From NCBI GenBank assembly GCA_977017645.1, contig OZ360227.1:101184001-101248000 (forward strand): a stretch of DNA of 64,000 nucleotides, given 5' to 3'. The stretch is from Torpedo marmorata (taxonomy: Eukaryota). This document shows positions 61,248-64,000 of the stretch, piece after piece. The notes beneath the pieces were generated by a model. It worked only from the letters and a program-made list of their open reading frames with translations. It did no database searches and had not been told where the DNA came from. Within the stretch, counting starts at the first letter, position 1. The number at the start of each line of letters is the position of its first letter. A program made the translations under genes and the position numbers.

Positions 61248-63734
61248 AATTATTACAGGAGGGTTACCATTGCCCAATTTTAAATAATCTGTCAATTGCC
61301 ACCAAATAAAATATGTGGCAATTGACAGAAAAAAAGGCCAAAGCCCAGTAAATTAACGAAGAAAGAAACATTAACAAGCTGAAGAGTTTGGTCAGAACAG
61401 TGAAACTAGGCACTGATAATTTCACACACACCACTCATTCTATTGAATATTAATAAATGTTTCAATTTGATTAATATTATTTAGTTGCTTTCGCTCCTGT
61501 AATGTCAACACTAAGGTGATGGAACCATCATCTGACGTTTGTGGTGACACAAACAGTGGCCTCTTGGGTTGAGAACCATCAGGTGTAAAACTCCAATGTA
61601 TGCCCGGCCCGGAGAAGGCAATGGAGAAGGAGGCGAAAAATATAAACTCAGCAAAATACTTTCATCACCTCTATACAGACGATTCTCCACCAGGTACGTT
61701 CTGAAGGTCAACGCAGCTGGACCCCATCGTGATCTCGGAGAAAAAGCAAGTGTCAGAATGTTGAAGCTACTTCATTGGCCTGAAGAGATGATCTGCTTTA
61801 TGAATGTTCTGCTGCGTGGCTGGGACCATCATTCACAGAAAAAAGTATCCTCCTTACAGTCATGGGAGGATGGAAAGAACATTAAGCAGACCACACATAT
61901 CCCGGTCATTCACCTCCCCCATTACAACACAAGGCACACACGAGCAATCACCTGGCTATATGTTTGGGCTGGATAAAGAGTTAGAAACTGTAAAACATAA
62001 TGATGGCCTCACAGACAGGGTCTGAGCACATGGCAAAATATATTGGATAGGCTTTACAGCAATTTGTCATTTTAATTGACATGCTACACACAAAATATTC
62101 GGTCCCCTTTTTGTACTGGCACTCAATCAGCCACAGTCAGCTTGTGTATGTCTGGACAAGAATGAGGGGAGCATGCGCAGTGCTGGGTTGCTGACACCTA
62201 CCCCAGTTCCATTCCAAGCAGTGCTAGATGCATTGGGCCTACTATGTGATAGAACTAGCAAAAGTAGAATTACCGCTAAAATTCATCTTTCAGAATAAAT
62301 CTGGTTTTACCCCCAAAAATGCCACAGAGTCAAATATAGTGACAAAAATGTACAGAATCTCAGATATTGATTAAAATTGGGGTGACTTACTGTTTTAAAC
62401 AGTTATTCTAGCTAATATGCTTGTCATCAATTGCTTATTTTTCGACGATTAACATTTATGTGACAAAAGCCACCTCATTCCAATCATGTTCTCCTTGTGA
62501 ATGTTTTGCCAAGTTACTGAGTAAATTGAGAACTCTGCCAGTTCTTCACTGGGCGCCACATTTACTTCATCAAATTGGGACTTTTCATTTCACTTTGTAG
62601 ATTGCTAGCTGTGTCTCAGCCAGTGGCCTCAAAATCAGATAGCTGTGGGTTCGGAGAGGGGAGTGTGAGATGCAGTACAGTCATGTCTGTGAAAGTACGT
62701 TCTGCACAGCGGAGGTTTGGGTGGTATAAACTTATTTTCTAGCAGACCCCAGCGACCTTTGGCATTTCTCATTGCGTAGATTTAAAGAAAGGAAGGTATG
62801 CACACCCGAATGTGTTACAAATTAGCAACAAGAGTCGAAGATCAAGATGGAAAAGAGTGTTTGTTCCGATTAATGAGCCTGAGTGAAACCTGCAACCTTT
62901 TGTTTTAATTGTGACCTTTAGGAGAAATCCTATGGCAAGGAAGTTGAGAGTCAACCTAACTTTGAGAACTCAGTGCAGACAAAAGAGAGTGGCCAAAGAT
63001 CTTCCCATAGTATCACGTATATCACAGAAAATCTAAGCCTGTGGATATTCTGTTCATCAGTAGGACACTGTGTCTCTGTGAGAGTAGTTCCCTTGCAACT
63101 GAACATTTCATCATCCTTGCCTCAGGGTTCACAATCAACGCCTCAGGTGACAGAGAGACCATGGAGGCCCCACTGCAACTAAATGCTGATAAAAACACTT
63201 CCAATTTGCTTGAGAATGCTTTGTGAACGTGTTGGAGCAGCCTGCACTTAGTTCTGAATCTGCCTGGTCATTCATCCTCAAACTTTTGTTGAAGTGAACA
63301 TAAACAGAACAATGTAGCCCAATGTACACCTCGCTGCACTGTGGCTGTTCATGGACTGTGTGTACGTTGCACATGTAAACTTCAACTTCTATTGATAAAG
63401 TGGTCTGTATGCAACTTGTGACTCCATTAGATGCATGTCTCGCACTGAAAGTATGACAGGTACGTTGAGTGAGTAGGACATGAAAATACCTGTGATGATT
63501 CCACCTGGAAAAGATTGGTCATGCAATCTAACCTGGATAAACTTGCTTTTATGTACAATTTGCACATAGAAAACAGGCACCAATTGATCCAAATTTAGGG
63601 CTGCAACTGGGAAAGGCTGCAGAAATGTTTCAGGAGATCATTCAAGTATTGTGAGTTAAGCCAGGTACAAAACCAATCTCTGATAAACCTTAACCTCTCA
63701 CAATCCATTGAAAAAGCAGGTGGAAGGAGAGTTT

Positions 63735-64000
63735 AATAAATTTAAATTTTTCTTTAACGAGTGGTAAATCTCCAGGGGAAGATGGTTTCCCATCAAAGTT
63801 TTATAAGGAGTTTAAAGATTTATTGATACCTCCATATATGGATGTGTTGAAACAAATAACGGAAACTCATTCGTTACCGGAAACATTTTCGAATGCAATA
63901 ATTACAGTTATACCTAAAAAAGATAGAGATGTGTTGAAAACAGAATCATATGGACCAATTTCATTGTTAAATGTGGATTATAAGATAATGGCAAAAATTT
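63735..64000 (+). mobile_element. L1-clade ORF2 fragment (runs off the window)
   Basis: SGKSPGEDGFPSKFYKEFKDLLIPPYMDVL...PISLLNVDYKIMAK, same family as ~34320-34570. Confidence 0.9.

Noticed and set aside
61569-61976. 135-aa ORF as exon 2 of the 60-kb gene
   Set aside because: No convincing acceptor or homology; gagaaggcaatgg resembles RTE-type repeat sequence
62970-63600. Cluster of short ORFs
   Set aside because: No recognisable domain on either strand
1-64000. CRISPR arrays, operons or prokaryotic defence systems
   Set aside because: DNA is vertebrate; no regularly spaced repeats; RT and GIY-YIG motifs belong to LINEs and Penelope elements

Overview
Eukaryotic, repeat-rich, AT-rich vertebrate DNA, probably from a cartilaginous fish (inferred from the HE1-type V-SINE, CR1, Rex1/Babar, Penelope and L1 repeat mix). 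I found no intact host gene. A CpG-rich probable promoter and first exon lies near 60 kb. Most ORF-track entries are retroelement fragments or antisense noise. Three highlights. (1) A 5.5-kb BEL/Pao LTR element (16146-21623, 535-bp LTRs, TSD CCATT) lacks RT, RNase H and integrase but carries apparent host-gene pieces in frame: an SLTM/SAFB-like SAP domain in front of gag, and an intronless MIPOL1-like coiled coil behind the protease. (2) A 921-bp non-autonomous hAT element (47378-48298, 8-bp TSD) packs a ZNHIT3-like first exon with its splice donor, plus a divergent exon-like segment. (3) Many Penelope terminal repeats carry minimal hammerhead-ribozyme motifs, including a ~255-bp fold-back mini-element at 61 kb. 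Host-gene identities rest on protein sequences recalled from memory and need BLAST/HMM confirmation. Boundaries without TSDs are approximate.
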